Both the position numbers and the translations under genes were made by a program. Shown piece after piece: positions 39,764 to 51,481 of a stretch of DNA of 58,064 nt. The notes under the pieces were generated by a model. The model made no database searches. It was not told where the DNA came from and saw nothing but the letters and a program-made list of their open reading frames with translations. The stretch comes from Salinisphaeraceae bacterium UBA4764 (GTDB taxonomy: Bacteria; Pseudomonadota; Gammaproteobacteria; Nevskiales; Salinisphaeraceae): NCBI GenBank assembly GCA_002403445.1, contig DHHU01000072.1, forward strand, positions 1-58,064, read 5' to 3'. Every line of letters begins with the position of its first letter. Position 1 is the stretch's first letter.

Positions 39764-40189
39764 ATGTCAAATTACGGCTACACCGTTAACTTATTGCACC
39801 AGAATGGTTTGCGGGCGACGGTGCCTCGTCAATGGGTCCTGGCATGGTTGGTTGACCATCCGCACGCAACGGCTGAACAGGTCTATTACGGGACATGCGA
39901 ACAGCTCGGTTCGATTTCTAAGCAAGCCGTGTACGACGTACTGGCTGATTGTATGAATGTCCAACTGGTTCGCCAAATCAAACCATCCGGTCATCCGGCA
40001 CGCTTTGAGCGGCGTACCGGCGACAATCATCATCACATGGTATGTCGCGGTTGCGGTCTCATTCATGATGTCGACTGTGTGCGGGGTGCCAAACCCTGTC
40101 TGACGCCTGACCACGATCACGATTTCACCATTGATGAAGCCGAAGTCGTGTTCTGGGGTCTCTGCCCAACCTGTGTGCAAAGCGCGTGA
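39764..40189 (+). CDS. Fur-family metalloregulator (FurA/PerR-like) upstream of katG
   Basis: A winged-helix N-terminus, a His-rich stretch GDNHHHMVC, and two CxxC pairs (CRGCG, CPTC) are typical of the Fur family. The ATG at 39764 is used; the ORF-track start at 39728 is TTG. Confidence 0.8.
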   Translation: MSNYGYTVNLLHQNGLRATVPRQWVLAWLVDHPHATAEQVYYGTCEQLGSISKQAVYDVLADCMNVQLVRQIKPSGHPARFERRTGDNHHHMVCRGCGLIHDVDCVRGAKPCLTPDHDHDFTIDEAEVVFWGLCPTCVQSA

Positions 40190-40273
40190 TGGCTCGCCAT
40201 CCCCACACTCCGGATCAGCCTCCCACAACTCCACTACAACCCCAAGTTAAGTCAAAACATAGAGGATAGACCG

Positions 40274-42523
40274 ATGGACGATTACACACCTTCTCAAGAC
40301 GAAAGTCAGTGCCCCATTCGCGGAACGCGTGTTGGTGGTGCGATTGGTTCCGAGCCGACCCTGGAGCACTGGTGGCCCAATCGGCTTAAAGTTGAATTGC
40401 TGCATCGGGATCCGCCCGAAGCAGACCCCTTCGACGAAAATTTCGATTACGCCAAGGCCTTTAGTCAGCTCAATCTGGCCGAAGTCAAAAAGGATATCAA
40501 GGATTTTCTGACGACCTCGCAACCCTGGTGGCCCTCAGATTACGGCAACTACGGACCGCAGATGATCCGCATGGCTTGGCACGCCGCGGGTACCTACCGT
40601 ATCGCAGACGGTCGTGGGGGTGCCGGACAGGCCATGCAGCGATTCGCGCCGATCAATTCCTGGGACGATAACGGCAACACTGACAAATCACGGCGTTTAC
40701 TTTGGCCCATTAAGAAAAAATACGGCGCATCCCTTTCTTGGGCGGATCTGATGATTCTAACCGGCAACTGTGCCCTTGAAATCATGGGCTTCAAGACCTT
40801 TGGTTTCGGCGGGGGACGCATCGACGCTTGGGAGCCGGACACCGCCACTTATTGGGGGCCGGAAGGCTGGAATGAAGGCCAGATGGTGACGCGCGACAAA
40901 CGCTGGGAAGGTGAAGTCGACGAAGAACATTACGACCTCGAAAATCCGCTTGGCGCATCGCATCAGGCCCTGATTTATGTCAACCCGGAAGGCCCGAACG
41001 GCCAAGGCAATCCAGAACATTCCGCCCGTGACATTCGCATCACCTTCGGTCGGATGGCCATGAATGACGAGGAAACCGTGGCGTTGATTGCCGGCGGCCA
41101 CGCGTTTGGCAAATGTCACGGTATGGTTGACCCAAACAAGGTCGGTCCAGCCCCGGAAGGCGCGCCGATCGAAGCCATGGGGCTCGGTTGGCAGAACACC
41201 GAAGGCACGGGGTTTGCTGAATACACCATGACCAGCGGTATCGAAGGGGCCTGGACGCCGGAACCTACCCAATGGGACAACTCCTATCTGGAGACACTGT
41301 TTGAATACGAATGGGTCCAAACCCAAAGCCCGGTAGGCGCTGTGCAGTGGACTCCGAAGGATGCAGAAGCGCCGAAAACACCGGACGCGCATCAGGAAGG
41401 TGTCTGGCATCCGCTGATGATGCTGACGTCTGACATCGCCCTAAAGGTCGACCCCTCATATCGTGAGATCTGCAAGCGATTCCTGGCCGACTTCGACTAC
41501 TTCTCCGACGCTTTCGCTCGGGCCTGGTTCAAATTGACTCACCGCGACATGGGCCCGAAGAATCGCTACGTAGGTCCGGAAGTACCGGATGAAGACCTCA
41601 TCTGGCAGGATCCGATACCGGCCTGTGACCATGAACTCGTCAATGGAAGCGACATTGCTGATCTTAAGTCGAAGATCCTGGCTACTGGTCTGTCTGTTTC
41701 AGATCTGGTTGGTGTCGCTTGGAGTTCAGCCTCGACTTATCGCGATTCCGACAAACGCGGCGGTGCCAACGGCGCCCGGATCCGCTTGCAACCCCAAAAA
41801 GATTGGGCAGTTAATGATCCAGCACAGATCGACAAAGTTGTGAAAACGCTTGAAGGCGTCATGCACGAGTTCAATAACGCGCAGTCAGGCGATAAAAAAG
41901 TGTCACTGGCCGATTTAATCGTGCTCGGCGGTTGTACGGCGGTCGAAAAATCCGCCAACGACGCAGGCGTAAACGTAACGGTTCCGTTCACACCGGGGCG
42001 CATGGACGCCACGCCAGAGCAAACCGACGTAGAGAGTTTCAACTGGCTCAAGCCCTCGGTTGATGGGTTCCGGAATCATCAGAATCCGGACATGCGCTAC
42101 CATGTCTCGCCAGAACAGATCTTTATGGACAAGGCAGCGCTCTTAACACTGACCGCTCCCGAATGGACGGCGCTAGTCGGTGGTCTGCGTGTTCTGGATG
42201 CCAACACAGGTGGCGCACAACAAGGCGTGTTTACCGATCGCCCGGGAATTTTGAGCAACGACTTCTTTACCAATCTGACGTCAATGGACTACTACTGGCA
42301 CAAGGCTGATGAAGACGGCATGGCATTTGAACTTCGCGATCGGGAAACCGATGCCGTCAAGTTCACTGCCACGCGTTGTGATCTAATCTTTGGCGCCAAC
42401 ACCCAGTTGCGTCAGATTTCCGAAGTTTATGCAGCCGACGACGGCCACGAAAAACTGGTTCACGACTTCGTGGCGGCCTGGAACAAGGTAATGATGCTTG
42501 ACCGATTCGAAGTTCAGGCCTGA
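40274..42523 (+). CDS. katG: Catalase-peroxidase
   Basis: 749 aa. Distal haem motif [13 protein letters not shown] and proximal motif [10 protein letters not shown]. Two-domain KatG architecture. GAGG lies about 10 nt upstream of the ATG. Confidence 0.96.
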   Translation: MDDYTPSQDESQCPIRGTRVGGAIGSEPTLEHWWPNRLKVELLHRDPPEADPFDENFDYAKAFSQLNLAEVKKDIKDFLTTSQPWWPSDYGNYGPQMIRMAWHAAGTYRIADGRGGAGQAMQRFAPINSWDDNGNTDKSRRLLWPIKKKYGASLSWADLMILTGNCALEIMGFKTFGFGGGRIDAWEPDTATYWGPEGWNEGQMVTRDKRWEGEVDEEHYDLENPLGASHQALIYVNPEGPNGQGNPEHSARDIRITFGRMAMNDEETVALIAGGHAFGKCHGMVDPNKVGPAPEGAPIEAMGLGWQNTEGTGFAEYTMTSGIEGAWTPEPTQWDNSYLETLFEYEWVQTQSPVGAVQWTPKDAEAPKTPDAHQEGVWHPLMMLTSDIALKVDPSYREICKRFLADFDYFSDAFARAWFKLTHRDMGPKNRYVGPEVPDEDLIWQDPIPACDHELVNGSDIADLKSKILATGLSVSDLVGVAWSSASTYRDSDKRGGANGARIRLQPQKDWAVNDPAQIDKVVKTLEGVMHEFNNAQSGDKKVSLADLIVLGGCTAVEKSANDAGVNVTVPFTPGRMDATPEQTDVESFNWLKPSVDGFRNHQNPDMRYHVSPEQIFMDKAALLTLTAPEWTALVGGLRVLDANTGGAQQGVFTDRPGILSNDFFTNLTSMDYYWHKADEDGMAFELRDRETDAVKFTATRCDLIFGANTQLRQISEVYAADDGHEKLVHDFVAAWNKVMMLDRFEVQA

Positions 42524-42558
42524 CACCGCGGACACCTTCCACGTCAATTTGCATAAAA

Positions 42559-42592
42559 AACCCGGCGTCCTTCTTGGGCGCTGGGTTTTTAT
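42559..42592. terminator. Bidirectional rho-independent terminator between convergent katG and lpdA
   Basis: A 9-bp stem AACCCGGCG / CGCTGGGTT (one G-U pair) is flanked by an A-tract 5' and TTTTTAT 3', so both strands read a hairpin followed by a U-tract. Confidence 0.7.
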
Positions 42593-42680
42593 ATGATTTT
42601 AATTACAGAATAATAAGGCTGTCTCATTCGGAAGCCCAATAATAAGGCTATTTTGAACTGCAAGCTTGTAGCTGGCAGTA

Positions 42681-44147
42681 TCAACCGCGTTTTTTTGGAG
42701 GCGGAAAGTGGATCGGCCGACCATCAACCGCCAGCGCGGCCTCGTGTACGGTTTCCCCTAATGTCGGATGGCCGTGAATAATACGGGCAATATCTTCGCT
42801 GGCTGCGCGGTATTCCATGGCAACAACGATTTCCTGAACAAGTTCCGAGACATTGGGTCCAATCATGTGAGCGCCCAATATCTCGTCAGTTTCAGCGTGC
42901 GCCAGAATTTTGACAAAACCGGTTTGGTTACCTAGCGCTTTGGCACGCCCGTTGGCGGCAAACGGAATCTGCCCACTGCGATAATCGATGCCGCTGGCCT
43001 TGAGATCGGTCTCGCTATCGCCCACCCAAGCCATTTCCGGTTCAGTGTAGACCACCGATGGGATCGTACGATAATTGACGTGCGGTAGCTGACCAGCCAA
43101 TCGCTCAGCAACGGCAACCCCTTCTTCCATTCCCTTGTGGGCGAGCATCGGGTTGCCCACGACATCACCGACGGCATATATGCCAGGCAGACTCGATCTG
43201 AAGTCATCACCGACATCTATACATCCGCGATCGTCAAGTTCGATTGGAACCTCATCGGCAAGAAGATCGGCAGTATGGGGCTTCCGTCCTATCGCAACTA
43301 CAACCCGATCAAACGTCTGGCTTTGGGTCTCACCGGCCGATTCATAAGTCACCTCAACACCAGTAGTGCCGGCTTCCACGCCAGTTACACGAGCGCCTAG
43401 TCGTATGTCGAGTCCCCGATTCCTGAACTGTTTCAAGCCCTCCTCGGCGATTCCCCGGTCTGCAATAGGCATGAATTTGTCAACAGCTTCCAATAAGGTA
43501 ACGTCGGCGCCGAGACGGGACCAGACGCTACCCAGCTCAACTCCAATATAACCGGCACCGATTACGCCAAGACGGTCCGGCACTTCAGTCATTGCCAGCG
43601 CTCCGCGAGAATCCAGAACACGGTCACCGTCAAACGGCGCGATGCTCAGCTCCGTCGGCTCTGATCCGGTAGCGATCACGATATTGTCGGCCGTAATCTC
43701 GCTTACTTCGCCATCGTTCGGTTGAAAACTAACACGGCCCTGGCCATGAATCCGTGCCGAGCCGGCAAGCCGAGTCACGCCATTGGCTTTGAACAAGCTG
43801 CCGATACCGCCAGTTAATTCATTGACGATGTCGGTCTTTCTTTTTTGCATTGCCGCCAGATCCAGGCTGACCTGCTCGATCTGAATACCATGACGCTCGA
43901 ACTCGCTATTGGCGCGCTCGAATAATTCACTCGACTCGAGCAAAGCCTTTGATGGAATACAGCCGGCATTGAGACATGTTCCACCAAGCGAAGACTTGCC
44001 CTCGGGATTCAGCCATTTATCAATACAGGCAGCCGCCAGGCCGAGCTGGGCCGCGCGGATGGCGCAGCTATAACCGGCTGGACCGGCCCCGATGACGATA
44101 ACGTCGTAATGATCACTCATGACACTTGATTCCTGACTCGCGGACAC
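42681..44147 (-). CDS. lpdA: Dihydrolipoyl dehydrogenase (E3)
   Basis: FAD motif DVIVIGAGPAGYSCA and redox disulfide GGTCLNAGCIPSK. C-terminal HAHPT-like motif (HGHPTLGE). Confidence 0.93.
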   Translation of the reverse strand: MSASQESSVMSDHYDVIVIGAGPAGYSCAIRAAQLGLAAACIDKWLNPEGKSSLGGTCLNAGCIPSKALLESSELFERANSEFERHGIQIEQVSLDLAAMQKRKTDIVNELTGGIGSLFKANGVTRLAGSARIHGQGRVSFQPNDGEVSEITADNIVIATGSEPTELSIAPFDGDRVLDSRGALAMTEVPDRLGVIGAGYIGVELGSVWSRLGADVTLLEAVDKFMPIADRGIAEEGLKQFRNRGLDIRLGARVTGVEAGTTGVEVTYESAGETQSQTFDRVVVAIGRKPHTADLLADEVPIELDDRGCIDVGDDFRSSLPGIYAVGDVVGNPMLAHKGMEEGVAVAERLAGQLPHVNYRTIPSVVYTEPEMAWVGDSETDLKASGIDYRSGQIPFAANGRAKALGNQTGFVKILAHAETDEILGAHMIGPNVSELVQEIVVAMEYRAASEDIARIIHGHPTLGETVHEAALAVDGRPIHFPPPKKRG

Positions 44148-44191
44148 GACGCGGTAACGCCGTAGCCCATGATTTTAATTTTAGGTCAACC

Positions 44192-45511
44192 TCAGATCTG
44201 GAGCAGCAGACGCGCCGGATCTTCGAGCTGTTCCTTGATCGTGCGTAGGAACAAAACAGCGTCGCGTCCGTCGATAAGCCGATGGTCGTAAGAAAGCGCC
44301 AGCATCATGATTGGTCGCACCTGTATTTCGCCATCGACCACGACAGCACGCTCCCGGGTGGCGTGCATGCCGAGAATCGCCGCTTGGGGTGGGTTGATGA
44401 TGGGCGTCGACAAATACGAACCGAAAATGCCGCCATTAGTGATCGTAAAAGTGCCACCGGTCAATTCATCAATACCAATCTTGCCCTCTTGGGCCCGTTG
44501 GCCGAAGTCTTGGATGCCAGACTCGATCTGAGCGAACGATAAGGCATCTGCGTCACGCAAAATCGGCACCAGCAGTCCGCGCGGTGACGACACGGCCAAA
44601 CCAATATCATAATACCCATGATAGACAATATCGTCGCCGTCTATGGATGCGTTAACCCCGGGATATCGTTTCAAGGCTTCGACAGCTGCCGTAACGAAAA
44701 ACGACATGAAGCCTAGCTTGACTTCCTTTTCTTTTTGAAACTGTTCCTTATAGCGGTTGCGAACGGCCATGACCGCCGACATATCCAATTCATTGAAGGT
44801 GGTCAGCATGGCCGTGTTCTGACTCGCATCGAGCAGACGCTCGGCAATCCGTTTGCGGATGCGGGTCATCGGCACACGCTGTTCATTACGCTCGCCACCG
44901 CTTATTTCGAATGCGCTTTGTTCAGCCTTGGCTTCGCTTTTACCAGCCGACGCGGTAGACCGTGTATCCGGTGCGCCCGAAGGCGTGTCTTGACTCAATG
45001 GGGCCTGGCTTGAGCCCCGGCCCCGGTCAGCGACTGCCTGATTGGCATCATCCTTGGTGATTCGGCCTTCTCTGCCGGTGCCATCGACTTGGTTTGTTTC
45101 AACTCCGCCTTCGTTCAGAATCTTGCGTGCAGCGGGGCTGGCTACGTCACTGCGATCGCCACTACTCGATGTTGCTTCACCGGCGGTCTCGGATTGGCGG
45201 GTATCCGCGGATGATTCCGAAGATTGAGAGGAATCGCCGGCATCCGGTTTAGATCCGGAATCGGCGGCACGCGCTTCGGAATCAACGACAGCCAATACGT
45301 CCCCTGCATGGACCGTATCACCGGAGGAGGCCCGGATTTCGGTAATCACGCCATCATCCGGCGAAGGTGTTTCAAGTACGACCTTGTCAGTTTCAAGATC
45401 GATCAGATTTTCGTCACGTTCGACGGAATCACCAACGTTTTTCTGCCACTCACCGACAGTGGCTTCGGAAACCGATTCCGGTAGTTCTGGGACTTTGACT
45501 TCTGTGGCCAT
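44192..45511 (-). CDS. sucB: 2-oxoglutarate dehydrogenase E2 (dihydrolipoyllysine-residue succinyltransferase)
   Basis: Lipoyl domain LETDKVVLE, an Ala/Ser/Pro-rich linker, and a catalytic domain with DHRLIDG. Confidence 0.93.
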   Translation of the reverse strand: MATEVKVPELPESVSEATVGEWQKNVGDSVERDENLIDLETDKVVLETPSPDDGVITEIRASSGDTVHAGDVLAVVDSEARAADSGSKPDAGDSSQSSESSADTRQSETAGEATSSSGDRSDVASPAARKILNEGGVETNQVDGTGREGRITKDDANQAVADRGRGSSQAPLSQDTPSGAPDTRSTASAGKSEAKAEQSAFEISGGERNEQRVPMTRIRKRIAERLLDASQNTAMLTTFNELDMSAVMAVRNRYKEQFQKEKEVKLGFMSFFVTAAVEALKRYPGVNASIDGDDIVYHGYYDIGLAVSSPRGLLVPILRDADALSFAQIESGIQDFGQRAQEGKIGIDELTGGTFTITNGGIFGSYLSTPIINPPQAAILGMHATRERAVVVDGEIQVRPIMMLALSYDHRLIDGRDAVLFLRTIKEQLEDPARLLLQI

Positions 45512-45569
45512 GTGATGAGGTCCTGGTAGATCGTTTTCGGGTTGATTCAGCCTTGACTTGCAAAAAACG

Positions 45570-48509
45570 TCAGGCGGTTTTGGTTTCAGTGTTCGGTCTC
45601 ACGCCACTTTTTTTGCCACGTGGGTCGGCCCTGACCGTCCCGCGATCAATCAGTGGCTCGCCACCAGTCAGTGCAGCATCAACCACAGCGTTTTGTTGTT
45701 TAACATGTAGTTTGTGATAACCGACTGCGGTGGTTGCCGCGCCGGGACGTGTTGCATACAGCAACGCGTGCTGATCGCCTAGAGGGGATTGCAACCGGTG
45801 CTTAATCTGATACCAGGCGCCTTGGTTTTCCGGCTCTTCCTGACACCAGACGATTTCTGAAGCGTTGGGATAAGCAGCGATCGCAGAAGCGTACTCCTCG
45901 GCCGGGAAGGGATAGAGTTGTTCGATACGGACCAGTGCTACGTTGTCAATCTCCCGCTCCTCTCGCGCCTTATACAAATCGAAAAACACTTTGCCACTGC
46001 AAAAGACAACGCGTTCGATTTTGTCACTATCAAGTTCAGCTGGGTCATCGATAACGAACTGGAATCTACCCTGCGACAAATCCTCAAGAGAAGATGTTGA
46101 CATCGGGTGACGCAGCAAGCTCTTGGGCGTAAGAACGATGAGTGGCATACGCAAATTACGTATCATCTGCAACCGCAGCAGATGAAACCACTGCGCGGGT
46201 GTAGAGGGAACCACTACGAGCATATGCCGCTCGGCGCAGAGTTGAAGGAAGCGCTCGAGCCGCGCCGAGGAATGTTCGGGCCCCTGTCCTTCATAGCCGT
46301 GCGGAAGAAACATGGTCAACGAACAGAGCCGCCCCCACTTGGCATAACCGCTGGCGATGAACTGGTCGATGATAACTTGAGCACCGTTGACGAAGTCGCC
46401 AAATTGGGCTTCCCAGATCGTTAGAGTGTCGGGATCGGTAGTGGCATACCCGTATTCAAACCCGACCACGCCGGCTTCGGAAAGCAGGGTGTCATTAACA
46501 GTAAAAGCCCACGGGTCGTTGCTATTGATCTGTTGAAGCGGTACGTGCTGTTTGCCAGTCGACTGGTCGTAGAGAATGGAATGTCGATGAAAGAACGTCC
46601 CACGACCTGAGTCTTGACCCGAAAGCCGCACCCGGTATCCATCTTCAATAAGAGTCGCATAAGCCACGTGTTCGGCAAACCCCCAATCGATACGCGATTC
46701 TCCGACAGCCATTTTGCGGCGATCGTCAATGATCCGCTGGGTTCGTTTATGTAATGAAAAGTCTTCCGGCAGGTCATGCATCCGATCGGCTACGCTCTGA
46801 ATTCGTTCGATCGGAACGTTGGTCTCAACTACATGCGACCATTTACCTGATGCGAAGCGTTTCCAATCGACGGTGTAGTCATTGCCGATTAAACCAAGCG
46901 TGGTTCGGTAGATATGTTTATTCTGGTCAAGCCCAGATCGATATTCATCCAGAAATGTCTTGCCTGCATCTTCTTCGATCACGCCTTCGGCTTCGAGACG
47001 CCGAGCATAGAGTTTGCGTGTCGTGGGCAAATTGCGAATGGCCTGATACATTAGAGGCTGGGTTACGGCGGGCTCGTCGGCTTCGTTATGGCCTTGACGC
47101 CGATAGCAGACCATGTCCACTAGCACATCCTTTCCGAAAGTCTCACGGAAATCCATGGCCAAACGTGTGGCATAAACCACGGCTTCAGTATCGTCACCGT
47201 TAACGTGGAAAACAGGCGCCTCAAGGATTTTGGCTACATCGGTGGCATACCGCGAAGATCTCGATGCGCGTTCATCCCCCAGTTCAATCGGATCATTCAT
47301 AGTGAAACCGATTTGGTTATTGAGCACGAAGTGCACAGTCCCGCCGGTTGCATAACCTTCAGCCTGCGATAACTGCAACGTTTCCATGACAATGCCCTGC
47401 CCGGCGAACGAAGCATCGCCATGAATCAATACCGGCAGGATGGTTTCACCGTCGTCGTCGCCACGCAGAGCTTGGCGTGCCCTCACCGAGCCTTGAACGA
47501 CAGGGTTGACCGCTTCAAGGTGCGATGGATTGAATGCAAGAGTGAGGTGAACGCGCTCGTTGTCAAATTCTATATCGGTCGAAAAACCGAGGTGATATTT
47601 AACATCACCGGACATTTCAATGTCGTTGATGTCGTAATCGTCTTCAAACTCGGCAAATAGTTCTTCAGGTGATTTACCGAGGACATTGAGCAAAACGTTC
47701 AAGCGCCCACGGTGGGCCATACCCACCACAATCTCATCGATATGATGGCGAGCCGACGAACGTATCAACTCGTCAAGCGCCGGAATCGTGCTGTCTGCAC
47801 CCTCTAGGGAGAATCGTTTCTGGCCGACATACTTGGTGTGCAAGTAGCGCTCGATGCCTTCAGCCGCGGTTAGCTGCCGCAAAATCTCGCGTTTTTCGTC
47901 ATCGTCGAACAAGGTCTTGCCGACCGAGGATTCAATCCGCCGCTGTATCCAGCGTTTTTGATCGGTGTCGGTCAGATGCATGTACTCACTGCCCAGCGTC
48001 GAAGTGTAAGCGCGTTGGCAGAAATCGATGATTTCATCCAAGCGCATTTCATCACTGGGTGCGAAGAGCGAGCCAACGTTAAAAGTGGTTGACATATCTG
48101 ACTCGTCGAGCCCGTGGAACGACGGTTTAAGGTCCTCAATTTGCGCCGGCTGGGCCAACCCAAGTGGATCGACATCAGCTACTTGATGACCCCGAACACG
48201 GTAATAATTGATCAGGCGCAAGACTGCTGCCTGTTTTTGGGCAGCCAATGCCGACATGCCGGTATTGCTACCAGTTGAGGCGCCTTGAGCTGCGGTTGCG
48301 CCAGTGTCAATAAATGAGTCGCGGATCGGACCGTGCGGCACATCAGTCTTGCTGTCGCCTGAAGTGAGTTTTTGAAAATAGTCGCGCCATGCCTGGTCAA
48401 CAGACGCCGGATCGCGAAGATACTGCTCGTAATACGCCTCGACGTAGGCCGCATTGGCGCCGAACAGGGCTGAGCTGGCTATGAACTTGTCGTTAAGCTC
48501 GTTCTTCAT
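45570..48509 (-). CDS. sucA: 2-oxoglutarate dehydrogenase E1 component
   Basis: The ATG at 48509 gives [31 protein letters not shown], the canonical SucA N-terminus. ThDP-binding region GDASFAGQG. About 979 aa. Confidence 0.94.
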   Translation of the reverse strand: MKNELNDKFIASSALFGANAAYVEAYYEQYLRDPASVDQAWRDYFQKLTSGDSKTDVPHGPIRDSFIDTGATAAQGASTGSNTGMSALAAQKQAAVLRLINYYRVRGHQVADVDPLGLAQPAQIEDLKPSFHGLDESDMSTTFNVGSLFAPSDEMRLDEIIDFCQRAYTSTLGSEYMHLTDTDQKRWIQRRIESSVGKTLFDDDEKREILRQLTAAEGIERYLHTKYVGQKRFSLEGADSTIPALDELIRSSARHHIDEIVVGMAHRGRLNVLLNVLGKSPEELFAEFEDDYDINDIEMSGDVKYHLGFSTDIEFDNERVHLTLAFNPSHLEAVNPVVQGSVRARQALRGDDDGETILPVLIHGDASFAGQGIVMETLQLSQAEGYATGGTVHFVLNNQIGFTMNDPIELGDERASRSSRYATDVAKILEAPVFHVNGDDTEAVVYATRLAMDFRETFGKDVLVDMVCYRRQGHNEADEPAVTQPLMYQAIRNLPTTRKLYARRLEAEGVIEEDAGKTFLDEYRSGLDQNKHIYRTTLGLIGNDYTVDWKRFASGKWSHVVETNVPIERIQSVADRMHDLPEDFSLHKRTQRIIDDRRKMAVGESRIDWGFAEHVAYATLIEDGYRVRLSGQDSGRGTFFHRHSILYDQSTGKQHVPLQQINSNDPWAFTVNDTLLSEAGVVGFEYGYATTDPDTLTIWEAQFGDFVNGAQVIIDQFIASGYAKWGRLCSLTMFLPHGYEGQGPEHSSARLERFLQLCAERHMLVVVPSTPAQWFHLLRLQMIRNLRMPLIVLTPKSLLRHPMSTSSLEDLSQGRFQFVIDDPAELDSDKIERVVFCSGKVFFDLYKAREEREIDNVALVRIEQLYPFPAEEYASAIAAYPNASEIVWCQEEPENQGAWYQIKHRLQSPLGDQHALLYATRPGAATTAVGYHKLHVKQQNAVVDAALTGGEPLIDRGTVRADPRGKKSGVRPNTETKTA

Positions 48510-48607
48510 AAGTCGGCGCGGTAGTACAAAATGCTTGAGCCCGCCGGTTGCGGCCTCGTTATACGACAAATTATAACAAACCCCGTTGCTCAAGCACGGC
48601 AGCGAGA

Positions 48608-49486
48608 CTAGTCGAGGGTGGCGGCAAACTTTTTCAAATAATCACGAAAATCATCACCGATCTCGTCATGACGCAACCCCATTTCTACGTTGGCTTGCAA
48701 ATAGCCAAGTTTATTGCCGCAGTCATAGCGCGTACCGTCGAACTCGTAGGCCAACACGGTTTGTTCGGTCATCAGCGTACGGATAGCGTCGGTCAGTTGG
48801 ATTTCACCTCCAGCACCAACACCGGTCTTGTCAAGCAATCTGAAAATTCTCGGCGTTAGGATGTAGCGTCCGACTACAGCTAGATTCGAAGGCGCTTCAC
48901 TAGGGTCAGGTTTTTCCACAATGTTCTCGATTTCGGAGACACCCGCTTCAATTTCGCGTACTTGAACAATGCCGTATTTGTGGGTTTCGGATTCTGGAAC
49001 TCGTTGTACGGCAATCACACTGGTGCCGAATTGTTGGTAAACGCGGTGCATCTGTGCCATGACAGGCTGAAACCCGTTAGCAATGAGGTCATCCGCCAAG
49101 ATGATCGAAAAATCCTGATCGCCCACAGCTGGCAAAGCACAGCGTATGGCATGACCCAGCCCTTTTTGCTCGGATTGGCGAATATAAACACAGCTGATGC
49201 CTTCCGGAAGAACGTCATGGACGGCGGCCAGCAGTTCTTCCTTGCCATCTTCCCGCAGCACCGACTCCAGTTCGTAGTCCCGGTCGAAGTGATCCATGAT
49301 CGAGTTTTTGGTGTGACTCGTTATAAACACCATTTCCTCCGCCCCCGCAGCGATAGCTTCCTTAACCGCATACTGAACCAGCGGTTTGTCGACCACCGGT
49401 AAAATTTCTTTAGCGCTGGCCTTGGTCGCTGGCAAAAAACGGGTGCCTAGACCGGCAACAGGGAAAACGGCTTTACGAATCAACAT
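48608..49486 (-). CDS. galU: UTP--glucose-1-phosphate uridylyltransferase
   Basis: The ATG at 49486 is preceded by GGAGGAG. The N-terminus MLIRKAVFPVAGLGTRFLPATKASAKEILPVVDKP is the GalU signature. Confidence 0.93.
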   Translation of the reverse strand: MLIRKAVFPVAGLGTRFLPATKASAKEILPVVDKPLVQYAVKEAIAAGAEEMVFITSHTKNSIMDHFDRDYELESVLREDGKEELLAAVHDVLPEGISCVYIRQSEQKGLGHAIRCALPAVGDQDFSIILADDLIANGFQPVMAQMHRVYQQFGTSVIAVQRVPESETHKYGIVQVREIEAGVSEIENIVEKPDPSEAPSNLAVVGRYILTPRIFRLLDKTGVGAGGEIQLTDAIRTLMTEQTVLAYEFDGTRYDCGNKLGYLQANVEMGLRHDEIGDDFRDYLKKFAATLD

Positions 49487-50399
49487 GGTTTGTCTCCTCC
49501 ATAGATTCAAAAACAGTGCGCGGCAAAACTCGATAGCGTCCAGAAAGATGGACGGTTTGCGTTGTTCGGTTAACCAGCCCAAATGCCATGTCATCTGAGA
49601 CACTGTCATCTACAACAAATTCGCGCTTGGCTGGTAATGGCACCGGTTTCTTGAATGAGATGCTCATTTCAACGGCTTCTTGTCCAAGCATCGGATCCAG
49701 CGCAGCCGCAGCCCGGGCCTGTAGCCACATGCCGGTGGCGATTGGCCGTTTAAAGCCAAAAAGTCGCGCCGGTAGACGGCCTAGATGAATAGGGTTGTAA
49801 TCTCCAGCAATTCGGGCATAACGACGCCCCAGATTGGCTGGCATCGACCAATGTTCTATAGTCGGGATTTTAAGTTCCGGCGATGGTTCACCACCGCGTC
49901 GATTGTTACGTTGGTGGTGACCCCTTAGTCGCGCCCACATTGTAGACCGCTCACTCCAGACCAGCGCTTGGCCGCTGTTCTCCGCGTAAAACCGGGTATC
50001 AATGTCAAACGTCCAACCCGATTCGAGCTCTCGCCAATTCTGGATTTCTACCCGGACATTCAAGGGCTCATCAAAACGAATAGTCCGGTAGCGGCGAATC
50101 CGATTGTGGGTGTGAATCAGCCCGAGGAGGCTCAAGGGAAATTCCCGATGAGTCATGATCGCCATCTGCAAACCAAACGCTAATACATGGGGATAGGTCA
50201 GTGCGATGGCTCGCTCATCGCCATAGCCGCAAAGTGCGTCGTATTCGGCAACGCGGCGATGATCGATTGCCGCCCCCATTAAGAACCCACGGGCATTTTC
50301 GGGCGTCGCCATTTTTCGACGGCCTCGCAACACATTGCGGAGAGCGGCGCCGTAGGCACGCCATATGGCCGGGGGATATGTATATTCCAGATCAATCAC
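49473..50399 (-). CDS. MaoC-like double hot-dog fold (acyl dehydratase family) protein
   Basis: The C-terminal hot-dog has a hydratase-like motif IAGDYNPIHL...FGFKRPIATGMW. The 308-aa length is consistent with a fused double hot-dog. Its 3' end overlaps the galU start by 14 nt. Confidence 0.72.
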   Translation of the reverse strand: MIDLEYTYPPAIWRAYGAALRNVLRGRRKMATPENARGFLMGAAIDHRRVAEYDALCGYGDERAIALTYPHVLAFGLQMAIMTHREFPLSLLGLIHTHNRIRRYRTIRFDEPLNVRVEIQNWRELESGWTFDIDTRFYAENSGQALVWSERSTMWARLRGHHQRNNRRGGEPSPELKIPTIEHWSMPANLGRRYARIAGDYNPIHLGRLPARLFGFKRPIATGMWLQARAAAALDPMLGQEAVEMSISFKKPVPLPAKREFVVDDSVSDDMAFGLVNRTTQTVHLSGRYRVLPRTVFESMEETNHVDS

Positions 50400-50517
50400 G
50401 AGTATGGCGCATCCTAAGACAGTAGAGCATTAAGTAGAGCCCTAATGTAAGTCACCGGCCAAACTTTATAAAACGCCGGTACCTCGAGTGGCGCGTTAAG
50501 AGAGATCGGATATAGAG

Positions 50518-50604
50518 TGGTGCCCGGAGCCGGACTCGAACCGGCACGATCTTTCGATCGAGGGATTTTAAGTCCCTTGCGTCTACCTTTTCCGCCATCC
50601 GGGC
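50518..50604 (-). tRNA. leuZ: tRNA-Leu (anticodon UAA), class II with long variable arm
   Basis: The minus strand reads GCCCGGA...AGGGA-CUUAAAA-UCCCU, then variable arm CGAUCGAAAGAUCG, T-arm GCCGGUUCGAGUCCGGC, acceptor UCCGGGC and CCA. Length 87 nt. Confidence 0.92.
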
Positions 50605-50644
50605 CGGATAGCGATTTTAGCAACGGGATTGCAAGCAATGCCGG

Positions 50645-50718
50645 TGGAGGCCAGGCCCGGAATCGAACCGAGGTCCGCGGCTTTGCAGGCCGCTGCATCA
50701 CCACTCTGCCACCTGGCC
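50645..50718 (-). tRNA. cysT: tRNA-Cys (anticodon GCA)
   Basis: The minus strand reads GGCCAGG UG GCAGAGUGGUGAUGC, then GCGGC-CUGCAAA-GCCGC, a T-arm with GGUUCGAUUCC, and CCUGGCC-U-CCA. Length 74 nt. Confidence 0.92.
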
Positions 50719-50769
50719 GTCGAGCGTCCGAAACAACAAACCCCGGCGTTGGCCGGGGTTAGAGCGATC

Positions 50770-50844
50770 TGGAGCGGGAAACGAGATTCGAACTCGCGAC
50801 CCCAACCTTGGCAAGGTTGTGCTCTACCGCTGAGCTATTCCCGC
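50770..50844 (-). tRNA. glyW: tRNA-Gly (anticodon GCC)
   Basis: The minus strand reads GCGGGAA UA GCUCAGCGGUAGAGC A CAACC-UUGCCAA-GGUUG, then a T-arm GCGAGUUCGAAUCUCGU, and UUCCCGC-U-CCA. Length 75 nt. Confidence 0.92.
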
Positions 50845-50886
50845 GCAGCTACATACCCTATCGAAAAATACCAGTGTGTCAACCCG

Positions 50887-51435
50887 CTACTCCATAATTA
50901 AATGCGGCCATGCCTGGCGCAGGTAGTTGATCATGGAGACAAGAGTTAACACCGCCGAGCTAGCGAGGAGAACAATTCCTGCCGTGTACCATTTGCCGCC
51001 AGTGCCCAAATTAAACAGCATGATGAAAATCGCGACCATTTGAACTGCCGTCTTGTACTTGCCGATGCGTCCCACTGATACGATTCCGCGGTTGCCGAGT
51101 TCAGCCATCCACTCGCGTAGTGCCGAAATCGTTAATTCCCGCCCAACAATGATGGTAGCCGAGAGAGCCACGTAATAGTGAGGGTCGCGATAAACCAGCA
51201 TGACCAGAACGGCACAGACCACCAGCTTGTCGGCAACCGGATCAAGAAAAGCTCCGAACGCCGAGGCTTGATTCCAGCGGCGCGCGAGATGTCCATCGAG
51301 CCAGTCTGTTATCAGCGCAATGCCAAACAGTGCCGCCGAAGCTTGGCTGTAGCCAGCGGCCGGAACGAAAATAAGGCCGACAACAAAAGGAATAAGCGCC
51401 AAGCGGAATACAGTCAGCCAGGTCGGCAGATTCAA
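50887..51435 (-). CDS. pgsA: CDP-diacylglycerol--glycerol-3-phosphate 3-phosphatidyltransferase
   Basis: CDP-alcohol phosphotransferase motif DWLDGHLARRWNQASAFGAFLDPVADK. The in-frame TTG at 51435 gives (M)NLPTWLTVFRLALIPF, aligning with E. coli MQFNIPTLLTLFRV. The ORF track extends to 51558, overlapping uvrC. Confidence 0.87.
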   Translation of the reverse strand: MNLPTWLTVFRLALIPFVVGLIFVPAAGYSQASAALFGIALITDWLDGHLARRWNQASAFGAFLDPVADKLVVCAVLVMLVYRDPHYYVALSATIIVGRELTISALREWMAELGNRGIVSVGRIGKYKTAVQMVAIFIMLFNLGTGGKWYTAGIVLLASSAVLTLVSMINYLRQAWPHLIME

Positions 51436-51481
51436 ATTGACCCGCCTGCCACGTACGAGTTCATCGTTGTCAGTTTCAAAG

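Noticed and set aside
50400-50886. The tRNA Gly-Cys-Leu cluster as a potential genomic-island integration site.
   Set aside because: There is no integrase, no direct repeat of a tRNA 3' end, and no foreign-looking genes on either side. The arrangement mirrors the conserved pgsA-glyW-cysT-leuZ locus.
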